From positions 1,058 to 65,057 of the forward strand of contig CALLLR010000008.1 in the NCBI GenBank assembly GCA_938008185.1: a stretch of DNA of 64,000 nucleotides. The letters run 5' to 3'. Positions 30,717-40,649 of the stretch are shown piece by piece (the first letter of the stretch is position 1; each line of letters opens with the position of its first letter). The position numbers and the translations under genes are program-made. The notes under the pieces were generated by a model. It saw nothing but the letters and a program-made list of their open reading frames with translations, was not told the origin of the DNA and did no database searches. Origin of the DNA: an uncultured Saprospiraceae bacterium (GTDB lineage: Bacteria; Bacteroidota; Bacteroidia; Chitinophagales; Saprospiraceae).

Positions 30717-32120
30717 GTGCGCATCATTCCGTACCTGCACAACCGCGCGCTCTGGTACGACGAAGCCAACCTCGCTACGGGTATCCTCACCCTGCCCTTC
30801 TCTCATCTGGCCAACGGACTTCCCTACGATCAGTCGGCGCCGTTATTTTTTCTTTATTTGGAAAAACTGGTAGTAAGTTTATTAGGAACCAGTGAGATGG
30901 CCTTGCGATTAGTTCCGCTGCTGGCCGGATTAATCAGCGTGGTTATTTTTGCAAAAATAGTCCGCCGGCTATTGCCTGATCCTTTTGCGGCGATGGCCCT
31001 TGCTTTTTTTGTTTTCAATTCAAATTTGGTTTATTTTTCTTCAGAGGTAAAACAATACAGTGTCGATGTGCTGGCCGCGGTGAGCATGACTTATGGAACG
31101 CTTTTATTATTGGACAATTTAAAAGATAAGAAAAAGTGGATCTATCTCAGTCTCTGGGGAAGCCTTTTTATTTGGTTTTCACAACCCGTCGTATTTGTGT
31201 TGGCGGGAATTTGGCTCGCCTTATTAGTACAATTTTTACGCAAAAAAGAGGCGATAAAAAACATCATATTACCGACCATTTGCTGGAGTATCAGTTTTGG
31301 TCTTTTCTTTTATTTACAAATATTACCAACACTCCAAAATACAGGACTGGTCAATTATCATACGGAATATTTTATGCCGCTAAAGTTTTGGGAGGTGGAA
31401 AGTTGGCGCTGGTACGGGAATACTTTTTTACGAATTCTCGGTAATCCAGGTGGCTTTTTTTATAAGTGGCTGGCACTGCCTTTCGCGTTGATGGGTGTAT
31501 ATGCCGTCTGGAAAAAAACTACACCTGCGCATTGGTTGTTATTGGTAATTCCATTTTTGATCGCTTTACTGGCCTCGGGATTGGAATTGTATTCTACCAT
31601 CCCGCGACTGCTGCTTTTTACGGGGCCGGCGATTTTATCATGGGTCAGTTTTGGGTTGTTTTATTTTTATGAAAAAATAGAAAAATGGACCTTCGCAAAA
31701 TGGATCGTGGCCTTGGTGGCGGGTCTGCTAATCTTACAAACTTTTTTAAATACCGCCATTCACAATATGGTCAAATTCAAGCGGGAAGAAATCACAACGG
31801 CGCTCAGGGATATTGAAAAAAGCCGACGGTCTGCCGACGAATTGTATGCCTACGCTTTTACGGATGCGGCACTTCGGTACTACCTCCCCGATTACCCCAA
31901 CTGCACGCCGACTATTTACGGTCAACCACTTTACAAAGATTGGCGAAAGGATTTTTCAACGCTGACAACCGGGCAAAAAATCTGGTTGTTATTTTCACAT
32001 TATAAAAGCGAAAAAGGCAGAGAGGATGAAATCATTTTAAATTATGTAAATAAGAAAGCGAGACAGTTAAAGAAAGGAAAGGATGAAAATTGCGGGTGGT
32101 ATTTGTATGAGTGGGAGTAA
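30717..32120 (+). CDS. GT-C-type membrane glycosyltransferase (ArnT/PMT, GT39/GT83-like); 5' end unresolved
   Basis: Multi-TM protein with a DE motif in the first loop (LWYDEANLATG). The frame is open back to 30579 and encodes a plausible TM1 (WLYQRLFPILIGWGFLV), but has no ATG/GTG/TTG before GTG 30717. Confidence 0.6.
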   Translation: MRIIPYLHNRALWYDEANLATGILTLPFSHLANGLPYDQSAPLFFLYLEKLVVSLLGTSEMALRLVPLLAGLISVVIFAKIVRRLLPDPFAAMALAFFVFNSNLVYFSSEVKQYSVDVLAAVSMTYGTLLLLDNLKDKKKWIYLSLWGSLFIWFSQPVVFVLAGIWLALLVQFLRKKEAIKNIILPTICWSISFGLFFYLQILPTLQNTGLVNYHTEYFMPLKFWEVESWRWYGNTFLRILGNPGGFFYKWLALPFALMGVYAVWKKTTPAHWLLLVIPFLIALLASGLELYSTIPRLLLFTGPAILSWVSFGLFYFYEKIEKWTFAKWIVALVAGLLILQTFLNTAIHNMVKFKREEITTALRDIEKSRRSADELYAYAFTDAALRYYLPDYPNCTPTIYGQPLYKDWRKDFSTLTTGQKIWLLFSHYKSEKGREDEIILNYVNKKARQLKKGKDENCGWYLYEWE

Positions 32121-32129
32121 ATTTTTAGG

Positions 32130-33413
32130 TTATTTTTTATCCACCAATTCCAGCACTACCCGCCTGTTTTTAAGTCGACCCTCAGCGGTCTCATTCGAAT
32201 ATTTAGGTTGCGTCTCTCCCATTCCGATCAATCGAATATTTGGAAAATATGTTTGAACGACCTCCCCGATCGCTGCGGCTCTTTTTAGCGATAAAATCTG
32301 ATTATCCTCTAGTCCTCCCACGTTATCCGTATGCCCGGTAATTTTAATCACACTGACTTGTTCATAATCAATCGTTGATAAAATCTGCTCTAATTCTAAA
32401 ATATTGGTCTCGTTTAATTCGTAGCTACCAGAAGCGAAATACTGATCTCCAATTTCAATTTCTTTTTTTAATACTGGTTTTGGTTTCAGATTAGGAATCA
32501 AATCAGTAATTGTATCTGCTAGTGTAACCAAAGTTTCTTTTTTGCGCTCTATACAAACTTCGCTTTCATTCTGACTAATTAGCTCGACATCATCGATATA
32601 GTAGTTACAAAAAGGCGCTTGCCACTTTTTTTTTCCGGTATTAGCTACAACAACTTTTACAACTGTTTCCGGTAATTCATAATCTAAATTTCCAATATAG
32701 ATGTAGGTCTCTCCTCCTCGGGCTACATACTCACAGAATACCTGCTGATAATCAGTTATGGTACTTTCTGGAATTAAGATTTTACAATCACTCGGTAGTT
32801 TTTCTGCTTGATAAGGTAGGGACTCACCTGACAATGTGATAATTTTCTTTCCTTTAAATTGAACTTTTTGTTTTCCATTTTTAGAATGAATAGTATCCGA
32901 AAAGAAAACATCAATATGATCTACTAAAGTATTCCCTTTAGCAAGTTTAATCCAAAAAGAAAAATGATAAATATTATTTTTGATTAGTGGTTGACAGATA
33001 CGTCCCACGAGATGAGATGTTTTAAAAATATGTTTATCTATTCGCTGAAATGGAAAGACTTGACCAAAGACATGACCAGTATTCGCTTTTCCAGTATTAG
33101 AATAATAAGTAGTCCCGACAGTAGTAGAATCGTCATTAAAATTCCAATAAGCAGAAGCTACGTATGTCTGTTTTATACTGTCATTCATGAGCCACCGTGC
33201 ATGAAAAACATCTTTCCCTTTAGGTGGTTTTACTTCTACTCCATCAATACTAAATGTACTCCCAATATTGTATAAATTTAATGATTCAAAGTCGCCATTA
33301 AGGATGAGATTGGATTGAGCGGACAAGTTCGTAGCAACTATCCAAAAAAGCATAGAGGCGATTACTCGTCTCAATAAAAAATATCTATATTTTTTTAAGA
33401 TAGCGTTTATCAT
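32130..33413 (-). CDS. OmpA-family protein
   Basis: C-terminal ITGHTDNVGG...LSLKRAAAI...NRRVVLELV OmpA-like domain, plus an N-terminal signal/TM. Confidence 0.8.
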   Translation of the reverse strand: MINAILKKYRYFLLRRVIASMLFWIVATNLSAQSNLILNGDFESLNLYNIGSTFSIDGVEVKPPKGKDVFHARWLMNDSIKQTYVASAYWNFNDDSTTVGTTYYSNTGKANTGHVFGQVFPFQRIDKHIFKTSHLVGRICQPLIKNNIYHFSFWIKLAKGNTLVDHIDVFFSDTIHSKNGKQKVQFKGKKIITLSGESLPYQAEKLPSDCKILIPESTITDYQQVFCEYVARGGETYIYIGNLDYELPETVVKVVVANTGKKKWQAPFCNYYIDDVELISQNESEVCIERKKETLVTLADTITDLIPNLKPKPVLKKEIEIGDQYFASGSYELNETNILELEQILSTIDYEQVSVIKITGHTDNVGGLEDNQILSLKRAAAIGEVVQTYFPNIRLIGMGETQPKYSNETAEGRLKNRRVVLELVDKK

Positions 33414-33506
33414 TTCAATTAATAAAAACTTTAAACCGTATGAGTATTCTATTAAAATGAGTAAAAAAATAATTTATTTTCAAAAAACGAAAAATTAACA
33501 AATTCC

Positions 33507-36500
33507 TTAAAAATAATACCCCAACCGCAACGTAAACGTATCATCATCCCGACTATTTGTAAAACTATAATACGCATTGATCACCGCCAGTCTGAATGGA
33601 GAAAACCAAACGCCCGCAGTAGATACCGAATGCCATTCATCCGAGCTTTCACCCTTCAACCAGACCCGTCCAATATCGTATCCTCCGTTGACTCCGAATT
33701 CAAATGGAAGGATTTTATTTTTCCAGTAAAACAAAGAAATTCGTAAATCTGTATTTCCGTAAATAGCCGTTTCTCCGGAATATCGGTTATTTCTAAAACC
33801 CCGCAAAAAGCTATTATTTCCCAAGGTCTGATAATTGTAAAATCGCAATCCTTCGTCGCCACCGATCAGATGAGATCCGCCAAAACGCAAAGCCAAAGTG
33901 ATTGGAAATTTTCGGTTGAGCGTGGCGTAAGTACTCAGTGATCCGCCGATGGTTCCAAAATGATCTTCGTCGGTAAAATTACGGCGGTAATCCGCAAAGA
34001 CGGACAAACGGGTTCCTTCTTTTCCACCCACTACCGTATTGATTTCTCCGGTCAAACTCAGCCCACCGTAGTGCTGTACTTGAAAGTCCTCTTCCGAAAA
34101 GAACTCACTACGGGAAGAAATACGGTTATCTTGTTTTACGGTTCTAACCCGTTCGTAAAAAGGACCAAAATTGATTCGATAAATTTGATTCCGCCAGGTG
34201 TTTCCCAGTAATGGTGCTACCCGTAATCTTTCTAGTCTTACCTGATTAAAATTGGTCCGCTGACGGGGTGGTCGGTTCTCGTTTCCTAATCCAAAAAAAT
34301 TAAAATAGATCGGTTGCTCCACCGTTACGGTTGGTAGAAAATCGACTTTCCCAAAAAAATCAACAAAGTCTGCCGTATAACTAAGATTAAAAGAGTTGGA
34401 CTTGGTGGCTCGATTAAAAAGGATGGTTTGTCTACTCGCGTACGGCTTTTCCCGAAAACGGTACCGCCAAAAACTAAAACCCAATCCCACAAAAACACCA
34501 TCATCAACATTACTCCCAAAAGAAGGCAAGGGTAAGTAGCGGTTATGCGTAAAGAGATGCCGGTCGTATTGATTGACCGTTAGATTATCTTCCGTCATGT
34601 CCTTGGTATCTTTTCCTCCTTCAATGATAATGCCATCGGGCTGATCGTAAATCCAGTTCTTTTTTCGCAAGCCCGTCACGTTTGATTCGTCGATAACCCG
34701 ATCCATTCCTTTACCACCAATAACTCTAATGATCGAACCTTTCCTGGACTTTCCTTTAAAAATAAATTCGTCATCGTTTTCAAAACCGTACAGTCTAACT
34801 TCTTTGGTTTCGGACTGGTAAAAAATTCGGTGATAAGTTTCTGCTTTTTTAACGTGCTTTTTATTTATGTGAAAAACGCGCACTTCGGTACTTCCGTCTT
34901 CGCGGCGTTCTATTTCAAATAAATCCCGCTTGTTGGTTCCTCGTACATCAACCGTTCTTGCCTGATATTCGTACAATTGTTCCGCGTATTTATGAAGCTC
35001 ATTTCGCCGGGATTTCAATTTGGAAATTACTTCCTCACCATTAATTTCCTGAATCGAGGCAGGCCAATCCGCAACGGCAGATTCGATTACTTCGTCCGTT
35101 AACTTTTCCTGCAGTGTGCGCGCAGCTTCGAGCCAGTCTTCCCGACTCAGTTCGTTCATAAAATAACGATCAAACCACTTGCCATTAAAGGTTTGTCCAA
35201 TCGGATCTTTGAGATGGGCTTTAAAAGTTTTGGTTTGTCGATTTGCAAAATTTCGACTTGCTAACCACGGGATTAATCCACGACTAGCGTAGAAGGTTTG
35301 ATCGCGGTCGCGTGGAATAGGTCGGTACAAATTGGTCCCGTCTTTCTGCTTAAATTTTGCCCAGCGCCACTGGTCGTCGTGTCGATCCCAGTCGTGAATG
35401 AACATATCAAAAATTCTGCATTTTACAACCCATTTTTGGTCGATTCGATTATCGGGATCTTTATTTAATTTTGGAATTAATTTTCGGTAAGAAATAATAT
35501 CTTCACTATTCCCAAAACTGTTAATATCAGAACGGTCCCCCGCTGGTCGTTCTTCAAACATGTATAGATTATCCCCGAATTCATTATTATAGGTACCCAA
35601 CGCTGGTTGGCGTGGTGCATAAACGAGGCGCGGATTGGTGTGATAAATTCCAGCAGCTTCCGCCAGCATTGGAACAACCAAAGCACCGTAAGGATGTAAG
35701 CCCGACACCTGATCCTGAAAGTAGCCTTCTACCCAGGTATCTAAAAATTGAGCAGGGGTTGATTTTACAACACTTTTATTGAGCGAGCGAAGTACGAATT
35801 GTTGTTCTTGGTCGTTTTCCAGACGGATCGTTCTGGACGCTTTTCCTCCACCGAGCTGAATCGGTTGTAACCCTCCTTTTGCCCGGGACAAATCAATTGG
35901 TGGTGCTTTGACGGTAGCGGCCCAAGCTTCCCGATATTGACTTCCCAAAAACAATTCACTAAACTTTCCTGTCAAATACTGTGGAGAGGCAACACGAGCG
36001 ACAGAATCTTTCCCGATGGGTTTATATGCTTCGTTAGAGGACAGGTCAATCGCAGGAGGATTTCTGCTTTCCTTAAGTTGTTTTCTAAAACACACAATCA
36101 ATCCGTCACCCTTTTTATTAGGCTTTACAAATTCCAGCCACATACTGCCATCTTCGTAAACATAAATTTTAGAATAGCCAGTCGAAGCATGAACAAAGTC
36201 GGCTTCTACAAAATTAGGATCGGGACGTCCGGTGGTCGCGTAATCCACTTTTCTATTTCCACCGCCACTGATAATAAAATGGTGATTAATTTTATTCTGA
36301 TGAAAATACTGAAGATTGTTTTCGTGTGCGGAAACGAAGACCATATCTTCATAGTCCAGTAGCATATATTCGATTTCTCTTTTTAATAATAAAAAATCGG
36401 GATGATTAATATCTCCTTTATTTCCGTACAAACTACGCCGAATCAAATTGAGCGAGCCAATGCCGGGCAATGGCAGTAGATGGTCCTTTAGTGAATAATG

Positions 36501-37295
36501 TCCACCCCGCACACCCCGGCTATAGAGTGGATGGTGCATGATGATTAGGACATGATCGTTACGGTGTTTATTAATTTGCGCTCTCAGCTGTACCAGATAA
36601 TCAAGACGGGAAGTAGCCTCACAACGCTGATTAATATTTTCTTCTTTGTGTGCATTTTGTATCCACCACTGGCTATCGACAAAGATCATAACGATGTCTT
36701 TATTAATCTCCTCTTTTTCAGGTCCGCTGCATCCGTTATCCGGTAAAAAACGGTCTCCTTTTCCGTCTGGAAATTTACTATCAAAATACGCTTCGATAAA
36801 TTCTTCCTGCCGCTGGATTGCTGTCAGTCCTCCGGTGTGGCCATTCTGCCAGTCTCTTCTACCCGGCGCAAAAAAGGTTTTCCCATTAAAATTATCAAAG
36901 AGACTAAATATTTTCCGGAGTTCTGCTTCGCGTTTCTCACGGTTGGGATCTTCCGGCGCAGGCAATCCAGCCGGGGCAATATTATTACCTAAAAACACGA
37001 GTGAAGAAGCATCCGTTGCCGCGTTCAAATCTTTTTGTAAAAGTGCTAAAGCCGGAGGTAGTTCTTTGGTCAGATGAGTGTTTCCCACATTTCCTACCAA
37101 AAAAAACGTATGCTCCGGTTTTTCGGTGGGTAGGTTATTTGTTTCCCAATTTATTACATCCTGCTCATAATAGGGCAATTTTTTGGTATTACAGGATGGC
37201 GTCAATCCGATGACCATCAGCAGCAATATTAGTTTGCAGAAAGTAGGAAAAAAAGAAGCCTTGAAAATTTTCATTGAAGAATTTACAAAGAACAA
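33507..37295 (-). CDS. Metallophosphoesterase-domain protein fused to a C-terminal Omp85/surface-antigen-like beta-barrel
   Basis: Calcineurin-like motifs (IIMHHPLYS, SAHENNLQYF). The C-terminal ~400 aa are beta-rich and end in LRLGYYF. 1262 aa. The start may be the internal MKIFKAS. Confidence 0.65.
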   Translation of the reverse strand: MFFVNSSMKIFKASFFPTFCKLILLLMVIGLTPSCNTKKLPYYEQDVINWETNNLPTEKPEHTFFLVGNVGNTHLTKELPPALALLQKDLNAATDASSLVFLGNNIAPAGLPAPEDPNREKREAELRKIFSLFDNFNGKTFFAPGRRDWQNGHTGGLTAIQRQEEFIEAYFDSKFPDGKGDRFLPDNGCSGPEKEEINKDIVMIFVDSQWWIQNAHKEENINQRCEATSRLDYLVQLRAQINKHRNDHVLIIMHHPLYSRGVRGGHYSLKDHLLPLPGIGSLNLIRRSLYGNKGDINHPDFLLLKREIEYMLLDYEDMVFVSAHENNLQYFHQNKINHHFIISGGGNRKVDYATTGRPDPNFVEADFVHASTGYSKIYVYEDGSMWLEFVKPNKKGDGLIVCFRKQLKESRNPPAIDLSSNEAYKPIGKDSVARVASPQYLTGKFSELFLGSQYREAWAATVKAPPIDLSRAKGGLQPIQLGGGKASRTIRLENDQEQQFVLRSLNKSVVKSTPAQFLDTWVEGYFQDQVSGLHPYGALVVPMLAEAAGIYHTNPRLVYAPRQPALGTYNNEFGDNLYMFEERPAGDRSDINSFGNSEDIISYRKLIPKLNKDPDNRIDQKWVVKCRIFDMFIHDWDRHDDQWRWAKFKQKDGTNLYRPIPRDRDQTFYASRGLIPWLASRNFANRQTKTFKAHLKDPIGQTFNGKWFDRYFMNELSREDWLEAARTLQEKLTDEVIESAVADWPASIQEINGEEVISKLKSRRNELHKYAEQLYEYQARTVDVRGTNKRDLFEIERREDGSTEVRVFHINKKHVKKAETYHRIFYQSETKEVRLYGFENDDEFIFKGKSRKGSIIRVIGGKGMDRVIDESNVTGLRKKNWIYDQPDGIIIEGGKDTKDMTEDNLTVNQYDRHLFTHNRYLPLPSFGSNVDDGVFVGLGFSFWRYRFREKPYASRQTILFNRATKSNSFNLSYTADFVDFFGKVDFLPTVTVEQPIYFNFFGLGNENRPPRQRTNFNQVRLERLRVAPLLGNTWRNQIYRINFGPFYERVRTVKQDNRISSRSEFFSEEDFQVQHYGGLSLTGEINTVVGGKEGTRLSVFADYRRNFTDEDHFGTIGGSLSTYATLNRKFPITLALRFGGSHLIGGDEGLRFYNYQTLGNNSFLRGFRNNRYSGETAIYGNTDLRISLFYWKNKILPFEFGVNGGYDIGRVWLKGESSDEWHSVSTAGVWFSPFRLAVINAYYSFTNSRDDDTFTLRLGYYF

Positions 37296-37440
37296 ATGAC
37301 AAAAAAAAAAAATTACCGGTACTCTTCGGACGTTCTACAGTGCCTTGTACCCTATATAAATGACTATCTCCCATGAAAAGTTCATGTTTATTACCATTGT
37401 CGACCATTAAAAGCAAAGTTAATAAGTCTGTTTATTTTAT

Positions 37441-37448
37441 TAAATTTG
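37441..37448 (+). promoter_or_regulatory. Bacteroidota -7 promoter box (TAnnTTTG)
   Basis: taaatttg lies 60 nt upstream of ATG 37508. Confidence 0.35.
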
Positions 37449-37507
37449 TGCCATAATCTAAACAACCTTATGAAGTTGTCTTGCACTAAAATTTTCAATA
37501 AAGAATT

Positions 37508-38443
37508 ATGAAAACCAGAACGATCCTTGGAATCCTTGCACTCCTGTTATTTTTTTTCCTTTTAGGAACTGCCTATTGGGGTTATGGACTAAAAACGGAG
37601 AAAGAAGAACTTGTTTCAGAAAAACAAAGATTAACTGATGAGTTGGGAGCAATTGAAATTTTAAAATCAGATCTAGAAGCAGAGGTCGACAGCCTCGAAT
37701 CCGCTTACTTTTCTTTGGCCGACGAAAACGAATCTTTACAAGAATCCTTGAACAGCGAAAAAGCCAGAGTACGGCGTCGCGACCAGCGCATCAAATCTAT
37801 CAGCAATGCCCTGGCCAAAGAACAAACGGACAACGGAACGGAGATAAACGATCTACGCAGTCAGATCCAGGGACTACTCGCCTCCAAGACGGCATTAGAA
37901 TCCTCGATTTTTTCCTTACGCTCCGAAAATGATTCTCTGCGTAATGCAACCGTTGGACTGACCAAAGATCTCGGTAAAGCACGCGAAGATAACCTCGCCA
38001 TGGCCAACCTCAATCGCTCTATGGAAGGTGAATTGGATCGACTCACACTCGCCAATTTTAAAGCTTCTGCCTTCAACGTTGAATTTTTAAAAAGAAATAA
38101 TAAAAAAGTTACTTCCAAATCCCGTCGTGCCAGGCGTGTTAAAGTTAGTTTTGATCTAACTTCTGTACCACAGGAATACCAGGGCGTACGTCCAGTCTAT
38201 CTGGTCATTACCGACGAGAAAGCAACTCCGATCAGACTTCAAGAGCCTATTTCAGCTCAGGTAGTCGTCAATGGTCAAACCCAGGATATCATGGCCGCCG
38301 AAGCTAAAGAAGTCAACGTACAAAAAAGTCAACGAATTTCTTTTACCCACGAATTAGACGAAAAATTGAGCGCTGGTTATTACCGTATCTCAGTTTATAC
38401 GGATATTGGGTTGTTAGGAGCTACTAATTTTAGATTAAGGTAA
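37508..38443 (+). CDS. Membrane-anchored coiled-coil protein
   Basis: N-terminal TM, about 170 aa of heptad-like Leu/Glu-rich sequence, and a beta-rich C-terminal domain. Confidence 0.55.
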   Translation: MKTRTILGILALLLFFFLLGTAYWGYGLKTEKEELVSEKQRLTDELGAIEILKSDLEAEVDSLESAYFSLADENESLQESLNSEKARVRRRDQRIKSISNALAKEQTDNGTEINDLRSQIQGLLASKTALESSIFSLRSENDSLRNATVGLTKDLGKAREDNLAMANLNRSMEGELDRLTLANFKASAFNVEFLKRNNKKVTSKSRRARRVKVSFDLTSVPQEYQGVRPVYLVITDEKATPIRLQEPISAQVVVNGQTQDIMAAEAKEVNVQKSQRISFTHELDEKLSAGYYRISVYTDIGLLGATNFRLR

Positions 38444-38545
38444 TTATTTGCTGCTTGCATTTTACTAATTGCTTCCCTCTAATCTCTCAGTAACATCCTT
38501 AGAATTACGATGGAGGAAAGCAAGAAGCCAGCGGCAAATAACAAG
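38444..38545. repeat. Long imperfect palindromic intergenic element (copy A)
   Basis: Left arm ttatttgctgcttgc...ttgcttccctc and right arm gaggaaagcaagaagccagcggcaaataa. Related to the element at 57310-57388. Confidence 0.5.
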
Positions 38546-38562
38546 AAACTCATTCTTTCACC

Positions 38563-39084
38563 ATGTGGCAAAAAATAAAAGAAGAAATCACCTACCAGGG
38601 CTGGCGGGATATGCTCCGCCGAACCTTCCGTTTACCTAACGGAAAAATAGCTGACTTTGACATTGTGCGTAACGCAGACTTTGTAACCATCGCAGCCTTC
38701 ACTAAAAATAAAGAAGCCATTCTGGTCAAACAATTTCGTCCCGGTCCGGAGATGGAATTACTCAGTTTTCCAGAAGGATATATTGATCCGCAAGAACTGC
38801 CCGAGGCAGCAGCCCACCGTGAACTGGAAGAGGAAACCGGCTACCGGGCGGGAAAAATAGTCTTTCAAAAAGTATTTCGACGGGCCTACTCGACCGAAAC
38901 ACGAACTTGTTTGCTCGCCACAGATTGCGAAAAAATCACGGACCAGCGTTTGGATACCACCGAATTTATTGAGGTGCAGCTTTATCCTTTACCCGATTTT
39001 AAAAAAATGCTCGCAGATCCCTACAATCAACAATTAACCACTATAGACAGCGGCTATATGGCGCTGAATTACCTGAGTTGGTAG
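38563..39084 (+). CDS. NUDIX hydrolase (ADP-ribose pyrophosphatase-like)
   Basis: Nudix box GYIDPQELPEAAAHRELEEETGY. Confidence 0.85.
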   Translation: MWQKIKEEITYQGWRDMLRRTFRLPNGKIADFDIVRNADFVTIAAFTKNKEAILVKQFRPGPEMELLSFPEGYIDPQELPEAAAHRELEEETGYRAGKIVFQKVFRRAYSTETRTCLLATDCEKITDQRLDTTEFIEVQLYPLPDFKKMLADPYNQQLTTIDSGYMALNYLSW

Positions 39085-39324
39085 AAACCTATTTTGTCTC
39101 CCTCAAATTCAAAGCAAAACTTCCGTTTTCTCTTCAACGCAAAAGCTCAGTTATTACCAAACGAATTACTAGTGCCTCGGGATCAATTAACAACGCTTTG
39201 CATCCTTCATTTTTTCAATCCACAAAAAAAAACGATATTGTATCCAATTAATATTTGTTTACAAGCAGTTGCTTAAGGTTATTACTGTTTCTTTCAAAGA
39301 ATTCGGTCAAAAAACACATTTTTT

Positions 39325-40527
39325 ATGAAAAACCTCCTCCTACTCAGTATCTACGTATTGATCGGTCTGGCCTGTCAAGCACCGACTGCCAATGATAATA
39401 CCATAGAAAATTCGACTAAGGAAACCCCTAAAGTCGAAAAAGTAGCCAACGAAAAAAAGAAAGCAGAAAAGCCTAAACCGCCCGTTCAGCTTGATAAAAT
39501 TAAACTACCCAAAGGTTTTAAAATTGAATTATTTGCGGAAAAAATCAAAAACGCCCGATCATTGCGACGCAGTGAAGCGGAAACTATTTACGTCGGTTCG
39601 ATGCGTGCCGGTAATGTATACGCCTTGCGCGACGAAAACAAAGATTTTAAAGCGGAGAAAAAATTTGTGATTGATAAAAAACTCAATCGCCCTAATGGAG
39701 TAGCCTACCGGAACGGAAGCCTGTACGTTGCGGAGATCAGTCGGATTTTGCGGTATGATGATATTGAAAAAAATATGGACAAAGAACCAGAACCAGTAGT
39801 AGTTTACGACAAGTACCCCACCGAAGATCACCACGGCTGGAAGTACATCAATTTTGGTCCCGATGATAAATTATACGTTCCCGTTGGAGCCCCCTGCAAT
39901 ATCTGTGAATCCGAAGATCCTGTTTTTAATAGTATCACACGTATCAATCCTGATGGGACTGATTTTGAAATTATTCAAACGGGAATCCGCAATACCGTTG
40001 GGTTCACGTGGCATCCAGTGACGAAGGAACTCTGGTTTACCGACAATGGCAGAGATTGGATGGGGGACGATATTCCGGGCTGTGAGCTTAACCACGCCCC
40101 TAAAGACAACATGAATTTTGGCTATCCATACTGTCATCAGGGAAACCTTCCCGATCCGGAATTCGGCGAAAAAAGATCTTGTGATGAGTTTACTCCACCC
40201 GCTCAGGTGTTAGGGGCACACGTGGCGCCACTCGGACTCGAATTTTACACTGGTCAACAATTTCCCGCCGAATATCAAAATCAAATTATTGTAGCAGAAC
40301 ACGGTTCGTGGAATCGGGAAAAGAAGAGTGGCTATCGATTAATGCTCGCCAAACTGGATGGAGATAAAGTCGTTAGTTATACCACATTTGCAGAAGGCTG
40401 GCTGAATCATGATACACAAGAAGTTTGGGGACGACCAGTGGACTTGGAACTGCTTTCTGATGGCTCAATGCTGGTCAGTGACGACTATGCGGATGTAGTT
40501 TATAGAATTAGTTATAGCCCGATTTAA
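39325..40527 (+). CDS. Sorbosone / PQQ-dependent sugar dehydrogenase family lipoprotein
   Basis: Lipobox LIGLAC. Beta-propeller motifs RPNGVAYRNGSLYVAE, FGPDDKLYVPVGAPCN, WFTDNGRDWMGDD and FGYPYCH. Confidence 0.8.
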   Translation: MKNLLLLSIYVLIGLACQAPTANDNTIENSTKETPKVEKVANEKKKAEKPKPPVQLDKIKLPKGFKIELFAEKIKNARSLRRSEAETIYVGSMRAGNVYALRDENKDFKAEKKFVIDKKLNRPNGVAYRNGSLYVAEISRILRYDDIEKNMDKEPEPVVVYDKYPTEDHHGWKYINFGPDDKLYVPVGAPCNICESEDPVFNSITRINPDGTDFEIIQTGIRNTVGFTWHPVTKELWFTDNGRDWMGDDIPGCELNHAPKDNMNFGYPYCHQGNLPDPEFGEKRSCDEFTPPAQVLGAHVAPLGLEFYTGQQFPAEYQNQIIVAEHGSWNREKKSGYRLMLAKLDGDKVVSYTTFAEGWLNHDTQEVWGRPVDLELLSDGSMLVSDDYADVVYRISYSPI

Positions 40528-40641
40528 TAAAATATATTATTTTGTGAAAGAAAACTCCTTTTAGGAATAGCAACTAAATGAATGGAGACAACACCTCCGA
40601 TTCCTAGATAATTTCAACTAACTTCAACTACAATAGCACGC

Positions 40642-40649
40642 TAAATTTG
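40642..40649 (+). promoter_or_regulatory. Bacteroidota -7 box (TAnnTTTG) that contains the TTG used as the ORF start
   Basis: taaatttg at 40642-40649. The ORF-track start TTG at 40647 is its last three bases, so the true start codon of the 807-aa ORF is uncertain. Confidence 0.3.
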
